A stretch of DNA of 64,000 nucleotides from Octopus sinensis (taxonomy: Eukaryota): the NCBI RefSeq assembly GCF_006345805.1, contig NC_043021.1, positions 2,728,001 to 2,792,000 of the forward strand. Reading direction: 5' to 3'. A program made the translations under genes and the position numbers. This document shows positions 1 to 13,000 of this stretch, piece after piece. Below the pieces are notes generated by a model. The model did not search any database and was not told the DNA's origin. It worked only from the letters and a program-made list of their open reading frames with translations. Numbering within the stretch: position 1 is the first letter of the stretch; each line of letters begins with the position of its first letter.

Positions 1-404
1 ACATTAATTATCAGCCATAATAAATCCAGTTTAATTATGCACCAACAACTCTAAAATAAATAAATGGTAAATTCTTCACTCAAAAGAATTAAAAAAAAAA
101 ATTTGAAAATGAAAATTTCTAAACAACTGTTTAGAAAAATAATTATAAATGATTAAAAATAATTAATTTTCTTGCATACAAGATGATATAATATGTTGTG
201 TAAACACCCAAACAATGTCACTATCTTTCCAAATTCTGCTGCATTTCCCATGGAATTATTGGCCCTCCAAACTGGTCTTGGTGTACAAATTGACCAAGGT
301 TTTTTTTAGCTGTAAAATTTTGATCTGAAAAACTCAACTCAAAAGCTGGAAAAAAAATGCTAAACAAGAAGAGAAATTCATTTGACCATGTCTGATCACT
401 GTAC

Positions 405-3400
405 CTTTTTATCTTTAAAGGAAACTGTCTTAATCTCACACCAGGGAAACGATATTTTAGCTTCAAGGCGGTTATCTCTTTCATAAATATTTAAACCATG
501 AGCATCAACTCCTAACCAAAGGTCAGTTTGGCGTTTATTCTGGAAACAGATGGAAATACATAAATTATTTATTGGGTAACTTTCACTTTCTATGTAGAAA
601 AAATAAATTGCAACTGGTCGTTAAACAATGCCTTAATATAATTGTATATAAGTCTAACCTATGCGAGCATGGAAAAACAGATGCAAAACAACTGCTCACA
701 CTTTCATACCCATATATTTATGCAAATGTATACATATATTACATGAAAGGGGGGAAGAGTGGGGATGGATGTTGCTTGAGCAGAGGAGGGACAAGACAAG
801 CCAGGATAGATCGCTAGCCACTGCACATTCTTTATTTTCTCTCCTTGTTTCTTTCTGTGTTCCTTTCTGTGGAAGAGTGTAGGCTCGAAACGTTAAAGAC
901 TTTTTCATTTCCCGAGCGTTAAACTAATACATCTACTTGTTGCCTACCCCACCTATCTTCGTCTTTTGTTTTTTTGTGAATTCTCCCTATATATATATAT
1001 ATATATATATCACCGTGATCACCGTGTCCGACCAGGTTATCAGATGTTGCTACACATCGCTGGTCACAATGCGCTTTGCATTGTTTTAGCCTCCAGATGA
1101 CGCCACCCCGCTGGTTAAGCGAGCAGGCCAACAGAAGAAAGAGTGAGAGAAAGTTGGGGCGAAAGAGTACAGCAATGACCTCGCTCAAATCTTTTTACAC
1201 ATGCCACTGGCACAGGTGCCAGTAAGGCAATGTTGGTAATGATCACGCTCGAATGGTGCCCTTTTACATGCCACTGCTCTGGCGACGATCACGCTCGGAT
1301 GGTGCTCTTGGCACCCTACTAGCACGGGCACAAATACAAGTAAGGGAATGCTGGTAATGATCACGCTTGAATCGTGCCTTTTAAGTGCCACTGGCACGGA
1401 AGCTGGTTAGCCACTCTGTCAATGATAAGTTAAGTTAATTTTTTGGCTCAAAAAGCAAGGCCATGTAGGGGACATGGAGTTATGTACAGGGTGGTGTTCA
1501 TGCAAAGAGTTCAGGCCATTTCTGATCAAGAGAGACTTTGAACCGAGTGGTCGTCGGCATCTTCACTATCTCGTCCGGCAGCTTATTCCACGGATCCACA
1601 ACCCGGACGGAGAAAGCCCCTCTCCTTAGATTGATCATGCTTGTATGGTGCTCTTTGCACCCTGCTAGCACGGACTCCAGTCATCAAATTGATTCAATAA
1701 AAAATAGAAAGTGACAAAGAAAGAACTAAACAAAACAAGTTCTACCTTGATTTGAAAATAGTTTACTCCATACATCTGGAAATCTTGAACAATCTTTAAA
1801 TATTCCATCTCAGCTTCATCCCTAAAAAAATTAAGTACAAAAGGAAAAATATATATATAAGGGTGTGAGAGTGTGTTTCATTTATATATATCATTGTTAT
1901 CATCATCAACATTTTAATGTCCCTTATCCATGTCCACATGACTGGGACACAATTTGCTGGGGTGTATTATCTATGGCTGGATGCCTTTCTTGTCACCAAC
2001 CCCCACCTGTTTGCCAGGAAGGTAATACTTTCTCATTTCTTTACTGCCCACAAGGGGCTAAACATAGAGGGGACAAACAAGGACAGACAAACGGATTAAG
2101 TCGATTACATCGACCCCAGTGCATAGCTGGTACTTAGTTTATCGACCCCGAAAGGATGAAAGGCAAAATCGACCTTGGCGGAATTTGAACTCAGAACGTA
2201 GCGGCAGACGAAATACCTATGTCTTTACTACCCACAAGGGGCTAAACACAGAGGGGACAAACAAGGACAGACAAGGACAGACAAAGGGATTAAGTCGATT
2301 ACATCGACCCCAGTGCATAACTGGTACTTAATTTATCGACCCCGAAAGGATGAAAGGCAAAGTCGACCTTGGCGGAATTTGAACTCAGAACGTAGCGGCA
2401 GACGAAATACCTATGTCTTTACTACCCACAAGGGGCTAAACACAGAGGGGACAAACAAGGACAGACAAAGGGATTAAGTCGATTACATCGACCCCAGTGC
2501 ATAACTGGTACTTAATTTATCGACCCCGGAAGGATGAAAGGCAAAGTCGACCTCGGCGGAATTTGAACTCAGAACGTAGCCACAGATGGAATACCGCTGA
2601 GCATTTCGCTCGACTTGCTAGCGACTCTGCCAGGTAATACTTTCTGATGACCAGACATGTTTTCATGGAAGATTGGAAACAAAAGACACCACTTGAATAA
2701 CAGTGGTACTCGCAACTATCACGTGATGTTGAGGCAAGAACCCACAAACACACATGAAAACAGGGTTCTTTCAGTTGATGTCCACCAAATCCACTCACAG
2801 GGTTTTGGTTGGCAACGACAGCCAAGTTAATAGAATATCAGACAACCTGTCAAAACATCAACTGTTTTTGTATCTTGCTCATGTGTCTGTTGTCTGCCAC
2901 TCACTCACCTCACAGCACCCAAATCCTGCAGCTACCGAATGCAGTGAATATAATTCCACCAATACAAGTGACAACTACTTTAACCTTCAGATCATTCTGT
3001 CAAATGTAACGCATATTTATTCACATCGTTTTGAATTAATCCGACATTGTCTCATAGCTTTGAGATTTCAATGATGTGATGCTTTATTATCAGAATGTCA
3101 TTGCAGAGTAGAATTAAGAGAGGCTGGACCTGACTAGGTTGGACACAAAACAGGTAAAATATTTGGGTCAAATATGGCCAGTTTAAATGTTAAGGGGTTA
3201 AATCTGAGGAGTAGTTTGTTGACTTGTAGTTGCATGTTCAAATCCATTGAAAGAAATGTTACTGGTAATAATTTGATATCCTGCCCTTCACCTAATAAAC
3301 TACACTTTTTTTATATATATATGAAATTCTGCAGTTCGGTATTTGAGGTGGCAAGCTGGCAGAATCGTAAGCATGCCGGGCAAAATGCGTAGCCGTATTT

Positions 3401-6400
3401 CGTCTGCCGCTACATTCTGAGTTCAAATTCCGCCAAGGTCGACTTTGCCTTTCATCCTTTCGGGGTCGATAAATTAAGTACCAGTTACGCACTGGGGTCC
3501 ATGTAATCGACTTAATCCGTTTGCCTGTCCTTGTTTGTCCCCTCTGTGTTTAGCCCCTTGTGGGTAGTAAAGAAATAGAAATAGATATTTGAGGGAGTAG
3601 ATTGTGATTATGCTGATAGAAATTTAGAAAAATATCAATGTATATATATATATATATGACAAATATACAAATAAGAAATTTGTTTAATTTTATTTTAACC
3701 GCTTGGTACTTAAACGAACCATATCTGCCACAAATATTTTACCTGTTTTGTGTTCAAACCATCCACATCTGAACTTTCACACCGATCCTACAATGTCATT
3801 CTAAAAATAAGCGATCACTTCACAGAAATCTCGAAGCTACAATGTGAATAAATAAGCATTACACTTAACAGAGTAATCTAAACAGTTAAGGTAATAAGAA
3901 TTTTCCTCTGAAATCTAGGAAACTGTATGGAAGCCTGTTATATGTCTGTGTATTTTGCTGCCAGTGTTCGTGCGAGTGTATACGTATAAGTCTATGTTTA
4001 TGTTCACGCTGGCCTACAATCTGGTATTAACTGAGAGATTCAACAAAAAGAGATCAATAAAATAAGTACCAAACTGAGAAATAACCAACGGGGGTTGACA
4101 CAACCGACTAAACCTTTGCAGACGGTGCCCCAACACAGCCTTTGATTCAATGACTAAAACCAGAAAGGGAAGATACAAAAAAATGACTACGTGTACCTTG
4201 GCAATCCTCTATGATCAGCATACCATACTTTGATTCTCTCGGCCCACATTTCAGGAGTCATCTGATATTGGTCGATAACCCTCTGAGGAAGCAGATCTTC
4301 ACTGGATAACATCCCAGGTTTATAGTTCCCTTCGTCATAATCTCCTAACTGGAAAAGGAAAATGTAAAAAAAAAAAATGAAATTCAGTTATTTCTTTTTC
4401 TTTCTCCCCCAACAATTAGGTACGGACATGGATGTGTTCTTGAGAAGTTAGCTTTCTCACCCTTGTGGTTCTAGGTTCAATCCCCTTGGGCAAGAGTCCT
4501 CTACTACAGCAGGGGTCCTCAACCATTTCTGTTTTTATCTATGGACCCCTTTGATTCTTATTTTAATCGATTGGACTTCAAGAGTAATTCTATGTCTAAA
4601 AGAAATCATATTCATCACCATCATTTGATGCCCATTGTCCATACTGGTACAGGATGGACAGTTTGACCAGGGCTGGTAAGCCGAGGGGCTTCACCAGACT
4701 CCAGTCTGATTTGGCATGGCTTCTACAGCTGGATGCTCTTCCTAATACCAAACATTCAAAGAGTGTAATGGGTGCTTTCACATGCTACCGGCATGGGTGT
4801 CCCTTGTGTGACACCAGTATCTGCCACGACTACAATCTCACTTGGCTTGATGGGTCTTCCACTCAAGCACGGCAGATTGCTGAGGGGTCTTGGTTGTTTG
4901 CTGTTGCCTCCATGAGGCTCAATGTTCGAAAGGTGCTTTTTATGGGCCACCAATATTGTTAGGAACTGCATCATAAAATTGTTATAATATTTTGTGTATT
5001 TTAAAAGTGTAAGCAATTCCATCATCATCATCGTCGTCGTTTAATGTCTGCTTTCCATGCTGGCATGGGTTGGACAGTCTGACTGAGGACTGGCAAGCCA
5101 GAAGCCTGCACCAGGCTTCAATCTTGGTCTGGCAGAGTTTCTACAGCTGGATGCCCTTCCTAACACCAACCACTCTGAGAGTGTAGTGGGTGCTTTTACA
5201 TGCTACTGGCACGGGGGCCAGTCAGGCGGTTCTGGTAACGACCACGCTCAAAAGGTGTTTTTTATATGCTACCTGCATGGGGGCCAGTCCAGCAGCACTG
5301 GCAATGACCACGCTCGAATGTTATTTTTCACATGCCACTGGCACATGTGCTGGTAAGGCGACGCTGGCAACGATTGTGTAAGCAATTTATTTGCACATAA
5401 TTTTTACTACCAACAAAATCCTAAATGGACCCCCACTGAGAACCCCTGTGTAATGGCAATGGACTGACAAAGCCTCATAAGTAGATTTAGTAGACAAAAA
5501 CTGCAAGAAATACATTGTATGCATGCATGTGTGTATATATATAATACACACACACACAAAGGACCATGGCCCAGTGGTTAGGGTATTACACTGATGATTG
5601 CAAGATTGTGGTTTCAATTCCCAGACTGGGCTGTGTGTTGTGTTCTTGAGCAAGACACTTCATTTCACATTGCTCCAGTTCACTCAGCTGTAAATGGGGC
5701 CACCCCAATAAGGGACTGGTTTCCCATTCAGTGGGAAATGTTGGCCGGTCTGCCTGCCCAGCCAGGGGAGTGGCATCGTCTGAAAGTTACAACAATGAGA
5801 GGAATTGCGTTGTATATAACAACATCTGAGAGTCTGGTGGTCACCACTGTGATAGGTGTGTGTGTGTGATTATCATCATTTAATGCCCTGCTTCTGAGCC
5901 TGGCATGGGTTGGACAGTTTTGACAGGAGCTGGCAAATCAGAATGGTGTAGTGGATGCTTCTTTTTCTTGGCACCACCACTGGTGAGATTACCATTTAGC
6001 CTGCAAGACTAATGTCCTCTTTGACCTGGTGGAGCTACAGCAGAGTGGGAAGAGGCTTATGCTCAGAGACGAGGTGCGGGTGGATCAAATTAGGAAAGAA
6101 AGGACCAGAGCAGAACAAGCTTGTTGCTGTAGAGGAGATGCATGGCTATTCACATTTCAGGGAAAAGCAGACATTAAAACAAGGGTCATCATCATCATCA
6201 TCGTTTAATGTCTGCTTTCCATGCTAGCATGGGTTGGACGAATGACTGAGGGCTGGTGAACCAGATGGCTGCACCAGGCTTCAATCTTGGTCTGGCAGAG
6301 TTTCTGCAGCTGGATGCCCTTCCTAACGTCAACCACTCCAAGAGTGTAGTGGGTGCTTTTTACATGCCACCGGCTCGGGGAGGGCCAGTCAGGCGGTACT

Positions 6401-7041
6401 GGCAACGACTTCGCTCGAATCTTTTACACATGCCACCGGCACAGGTGCTAGTAAGGCAATGCTGGTAACGGTAGTTTAAAAGACAATCTGGTAGTTCCAG
6501 TTGCCGAAACAATGAGGAAAAATACTGACCTTGGCTTGGACTGCGTATGAAGCAAGAAGAACCGAAGCTTCAGGTGGACAGTAAATATCCATGTTAAGGA
6601 TTGACTGTTTGACTTGGAGGAAAAATAAATGTTGGGTGATTTCTTGGATAAGTTCTTCAGAGACATCTTCAGGAAAGAGTTTGGCAAGAAACAGAAATGG
6701 AATTGGGTTTTCTTTGGGTACATCCTGATTTAAAACCTAAATTTTAAAATAATACAAAACAAGAAATGTAAATTATGGTAGAACATGTAAAGCAATGTCT
6801 AAATATCTTAACCCTTTTATTACCGTTTCTCTTGAAATGCACTGCCTTTGTTTTAATTAATTATGAAAATACTGAAGAAGTTATTGAAATAATTTAAATA
6901 TGCGTCTGGAACTTATGTTAACAAGAAATTTCACAGTTTAAAACAGGGAATTTGTATCATAGAAATAGGGGCAGAATCTGACAGGTTTTCTCAAAAGGGT
7001 TAACACCAGCAATGCATATGTGTTTAAGTCATATGTATGTG

Positions 7042-7075
<34 letters not shown>

Positions 7076-10000
7076 AACATCATTGATGTCATGTACTTAA
7101 TATATGTGTTTTTTAAATGCTTTTAGGCTGCAGTATTTCATCCTGGGAAGGTCCCTTTAAATACATAGTGCATTAAAAAATAAACAGTATGCTTCAAAGC
7201 CATCAGCATCATTATTTTAAGGTCCACTTTTCCATGCCTGGATGGGTCAAACAAAATTCATTGAAGTACATTTTCTATGGCTGGATGCTTGTCTTGTAGC
7301 CAACCTTCAACTATTTCCAAGCAAGGTAATATTTCCCCATGGTCGGACATACTTTCGGATGATTTTGGTAAAAGTTTCTACACCTTCATGCCGTAGCTCT
7401 ATGTGATATCCTTTCTAGATTCTCTTCCAGTAAACTAACTGTTAAAAATAGACTGACGTAATCAGAGATATGTCATACAAGCAAAATCTGAATTTATTAT
7501 CAAAGAAACAAGCTGGCAGAATTGTTGAAATGCCAGATAAACTGCTAGGTGCCATTCCCTACAGTTTTATGTTTTGAGTCCAAATGTTGACTTGGCCCTT
7601 CATCTTTTTGCAGTTCATAAAATAAGGACCAACTGAGAACTAGGGTTTGATATAACTGATGAGGCCTTCCCCACATGTCTGTGTCTATACAGGCCTGTAA
7701 TTAGAACAGCGTTTTTCAACTGGGGTTCCTGGAACCCTAGGGTTCTGCAAAAGGTTCCTAAGGGTTCCGCGAGAAAGAGTGAGATAAGCTAATGCAAATT
7801 TCATGATCGTAATATATAAATATATATATCATCATCATCATCATCATCGTTTAATGTCCGTTTTCCGCGCTAGCACAGTTTGGACAGTTTGAATGGGGTC
7901 TGGGAAGTCAGAGCTGCACCAGGCTCCAGTCTCATCTGGCAGTGTTTCTACAGCTGGATGCCCTTCCTAACGCCAACCACTATATATATATATATCGATC
8001 GCCATGATAGATCACTAGCCACTACACATTCTTTATTTTCTCTCCTTGTTTCTTTCTGTGTTCCTTTCTGTGGAAGAGCGTAGGCTCGAAATGTTAAAAA
8101 CTTTTTCACTTCCCGAGTATTATACTAATGCATCTGTTTGTTGTCTACACCACCTGTCTTCGTCTTTTGTTTTTTCGTGAATTCTCCCTATATATATATA
8201 CACACACCCCACATATATGTGACATTTACCATGTGAACTATGGTGAAAAAAATATGAGAAAGATATTGTTCATAATATCTTTGTGCAGGGGCTCCTTGAA
8301 ACATGTAATTTTATTTTAAGGGTTACGCAAAGGTAAAAAAGGTTGAGAAACACTGAATTAGAACAAATAAACTATTTGTGAATAATTAAAAATATAAAAA
8401 TATTCATTACCCTTTTATCAAACTTTAGCCAGGCAACATATCCTTTGGAATCGACAAACTGTAAACCAAAGTACCAAGACTCCCGAAGACCAATCGTTCG
8501 ACACACCATTTCAAAAAGTTCTTTCCCTGTGGTTCGTGACTGCAAAACAAAGAAGGCAACAATGCAACATCTTGATAAAAATATGAGAAATGTAAAAACT
8601 GCACCACAAACAAAGCAACAACAACGTGGAGGCACAATGGCCCAGTGGATAGGGCAGCGGACTCGCGGGCGGAGGATCGCGGTTTCGATTCCCAGACCAG
8701 GCGTTATGTGTGTTTATTGAGCGAAAACATCTAAAGCTCCACGAGGCTGGTGACCCCTGTTGTACTCATTCGCTCCAACTTTCTCTCACTCTTTCTTCCT
8801 GTTTCTTGTCCCCGACTTCCTACGCAACCGCTGAGCCTGGATGCGCATTCATCCATCCGTCGATACTCTCGGTGTCGGGGGTTGACTTGCTTTCTCTTCT
8901 GCGGGTCTTACAAATAGCAAAGGACCACGTTTCGGACTTCTCTCACTACAGAAGACCGCTTCGTTCAACATCAACAAAACTGGACTGTTTGGATTCACAG
9001 AGAAATAACATTGTGTTTATGAAGAGAAATATTTGAAAGATAGAAAAACAATTGGAAATGGCATATGGGTTTATTTGAGGAATTTGGCAGACTTGTTTCA
9101 GGCTGTTCCATATTTATCAAATGAACATTTTTTTCTTATCTTTTCTTTCGTTTATTTGTTTCAGTCATTTGAATGTGGCCATGCTGGAGCACTGCCTTTA
9201 GTAAGCCTAGTACTTATTCTATTGGTCTCTTTTACCAAACCACTAAGTTACAGAAACGTAAACACACCAACATTGGTTGTCAAGTGAAGGTGGGGGGGAC
9301 AAGCACAAACACACACACACATATATATAAAAAAAACAAAAAATGGAACAAGAACATAACAAGCAAGGTTGTTTATGGAAGGCTAGCAGTCATCCATGCA
9401 TACCAGCCTCCCCTGATGTTATCCAAGGGAGAGGCCAAAGGGCTGATACAGACTTATGCCTTGGAGAGGGACTTTCTTGGTGCAATCCCAAGGTCATTCA
9501 TGGCCGAAGAGGGTAGTTACTGTTTTTAGCATGTTACATAGGATTAAATAAGAATAACAGCTTTGGTCAGCATATTTATAGCTTAAATTTCTTCGAAAAA
9601 CCTAGTGCCCTCTTAGCCCATTTGACCATTTTAATACCAACCCTCATGAAACTGCCCCTTGGTCTATGAAACAAATTTCCCCCCTTTTTTTTCTTTTTAT
9701 ATAAAGTGACCTAAATTAAAACCTTCCATCAAAGTTTCACGTTAATTTATTTAAATATCCCAAATACCAACTTAATAATAAAAAAGTTATTTTACTAAAT
9801 TTATTGTGATTTTCAAAATTAACCGAAACAAAAATATAACAGATCTATAAAAAAAAGTTAAATAATCCACCTCCACCTCCACCAAAAACACAAACAAAAA
9901 AAAAACTACATTCTGTGAACACCAGATTTGTTTTGTATATTTTGCTTTTCCACCAGTAATTGATAATCTCAGGAATTTAACCAAAACTAAGTTACACTCC

Positions 10001-13000
10001 TGTAACCTAATTCAAAACCTAGTTTACAGTTTAACATACTTTGGATCGGTCTTACTGACAAATAGCTTTATTAACGAAGATATGTGCAGTTGGCACATTT
10101 TCATCTGCGCTTTATGATAACTGAAAATATCTTCAGCATTTTACCTCACCCAGGTATCATCATCATTATCATCATTGTAGCATCCAACTTCTTCATATTT
10201 GCAGGAGTCATTTGGCATTCAGTGAGGCAGACTGTTCCATGGTCTGACACCCTTCATGTCACCAACCCTTACCTGTCTCCAAGCAAGGTAATATCTTCCT
10301 AGTCTATCAAAGGAAGAACAGCCTGGGTGGACATAGCCACATGGTAAAGAATGCCTATTTCTTTATTACCCACAAGGGGTTAAACACAGAGAGGACAAAC
10401 AAGGACAGACAAACGGATTAAGTCGATGACATTGACCCCAGTGTGTAACTGGTACTTATTTAATCGACCCCAAAAGGATGAAAGGCAAAGTCGACCTCGG
10501 CGGAATTTGAACTCAGAACGAAAAGACAAACGAAATACCTATTTGTTTACTACCCACAAGGAGCTAAACACAGAGAGGACAAACAAGGACAGACAAACGG
10601 ATTAAGTCGATTACATCGACCCCAGTGCGTAACTGGTACTTATTTAATCGACCCCGAAAGGATGAAAGGCAAAGTCGACCTTGGCCGGAATTTGAACTCA
10701 GAACGTAGCAGCAGACGAAATACCGCTAAGCATTTCACCCGGCATGCTAACGTTTCTGCCAGCTCGCCGCCGCAATGGTAAAGAATACAATCTGAGTGAA
10801 ACTTTTGCTTATAAAGATCGTGCAACATGTTAAAAAGCAAGTAAAAAGGAACAAAAAAAAAACCCCTCAAAAGAAATACAAAGTCACACAAATATACACA
10901 CACTACATCATCACCATCATTTAATGTCCCATTTTCCAGGTTTGCTTGAGTCAGGTGGAGTTTGTTTCAGACATGTTCTCTACAGCTGGATGCCCTTCTT
11001 GTCACCAACCCTCGTCTGTTTCTGAGCAAGGAGGTAACACTTCCCCCATGGCCACACACGATTGCAAAGAATGTTGAAAAGAAGGGACACTGATCGTATG
11101 ACAGTGACAATCATTTATAACTTTTGGGTGATGTCAAGAAAAGAACACACACACACACACACACACGTGTATGTATATATGCATGCATGTGCATATATAC
11201 ATATATACACATATCGCAGCCACACACGTCCAGCCCTGTTAAGAATACTCCTGATGCATCAGGTGATATGATATGCTTGAGAAGACCTGTTGAGTCAAGC
11301 AAAACCAATATCATAGCTGGAGCTGATGACCCCTGACTGGCTCCTGTGCCGATGGCATGTAAAAAGCACCATCCAAAAGTGGTCAAAGCCAGGTCTGCCT
11401 GACTGGAACCTGTGCTGGTGGCACATAAAAAGCACCATTTGAACATGATCATTGCCAGGCCCGCCTTACTGGTTCCTGTGCTGGGGGCACGTAAAAAGCA
11501 CCAACCAATCGTGACCAATGCCAGTACCCACTGACTGGCTCCCGTTCTGGTGGCACGTATAAAGCATCATCTGAATGTGACCGATGCCAGGGCCAACTGA
11601 CTGGCTCCTGTGCTGGTGCACGTAAAAAGCACCATCCGAATGTGATTGTTGCCAGGCCTGTGCCGGTGGCATGTAAAAAGCACCCACTATACTCTCGGAG
11701 TGGTTGGCATTAGGAAGGGCATCCAGCTGTAGAAACATTGCCAGATCAGATTGGAGCCTGATGCAACTGCTGGCTCTCCAGACCTCAGTCAAACCATCCA
11801 ACCCTTGCCAGCATGGAAAACAGGCATTAAACAATGATGATGATGATGATAATATACAGACACACACATACATATAGATATATGTATGTACGTATATATG
11901 TATGCATACGTGTGTGTTCTATTATTTGTTTGTCATTTGACTGTGGCCATGCTGGAGCACCACCTTTAGTTGAACAAATCGACCCCAGGAAAAAGACCTT
12001 TTGATCTCTTTCCAATGCAACATTCTGAAATTTTTCTCAAAAATTTCCAGATATTCCTAGCAGTGATATTCACCAAATTCATAATATTTACTGCACTTCA
12101 CTGCTTTTTTTTCCATGAATTCTGTAGAATAATGTAAGACTGTAGTATTTACGACCATGTGGTCTTGGATTCAGTCCTGCTACATGGCGTCTTGAGCAAG
12201 TGCCTTCTATTATAGCCCCAAGCTAATCAAACCCTTGTGAGTGGATTCCAAAAGAAAGAAGCCCAGAGTGTGTGTGTGTGTGTGTGTATACTCTCTCTCT
12301 CTTTCGGAGAGGCACAAGCACCTACACGCACATACACACACACGGCAGTAACTTCCGCCTGCCGAATTCAATCACAAAGCTTCGACTCTTGTCCGCAAAT
12401 CATGTGATGATTATAAACATGCATCACTGTCGTACACACTGTGGTGTTCATTTCCAGTCTACCATAAAAAAAACATGTCTGGTCATGGGGAAATGCTCCC
12501 TTGATTGGAAACAGATAAAGGCTGGCAACAGGATGAGCATGTGGCCCCAGAAAAATCTACCTCAATGAATCTTACCTCTGACACTGCAAGGATGGAAACA
12601 TAAGACATAAAACAGTGATGATGATGATGGTGATGATGACAGTACCGATGTACAATCATAGGGCGATGAGCTGGCAGAAATGTTAGCACGCCGGGCGAAA
12701 TGCTTAGCGGTATTTCGTCTGCTGTTACGTTCTGAGTTCAAATTCCGCCGAGGTCGACTTTGCCTTTCATCCTTTCGGGGTCGATAAATTAAGTACCAGT
12801 TTCGCACTGGGTTCGATATAATCAACTTAATCCGTTTGTCCTCTCTGTGTTTAGCCCCTTGTGGGTAGTAAAGAAATAGGTATTTCGTCTGCTGTTACGT
12901 TCTGAGTTCAAATTCCGCCGAGGTCGACTCTGCCTTTCATCCTTTCGGGGTTGATTAAATAAGTACCAGTTACGCACTGGGTTCGATATAATCGACTTAA

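Noticed and set aside
221-404. Remainder of the 221..484 ORF as a next merlin exon
   Set aside because: It is out of frame with the real exon (405-539) and shows no similarity to the expected F.IKP.DKK segment. The next exon lies outside the window.
4510-5448. Possible hAT MITE with CAGGGGT(C/T)CTCA ends
   Set aside because: TIR-like ends are present, but the flanks give no matching TSD and the interior is replaced by family-C insertions, so it is too degraded to call.
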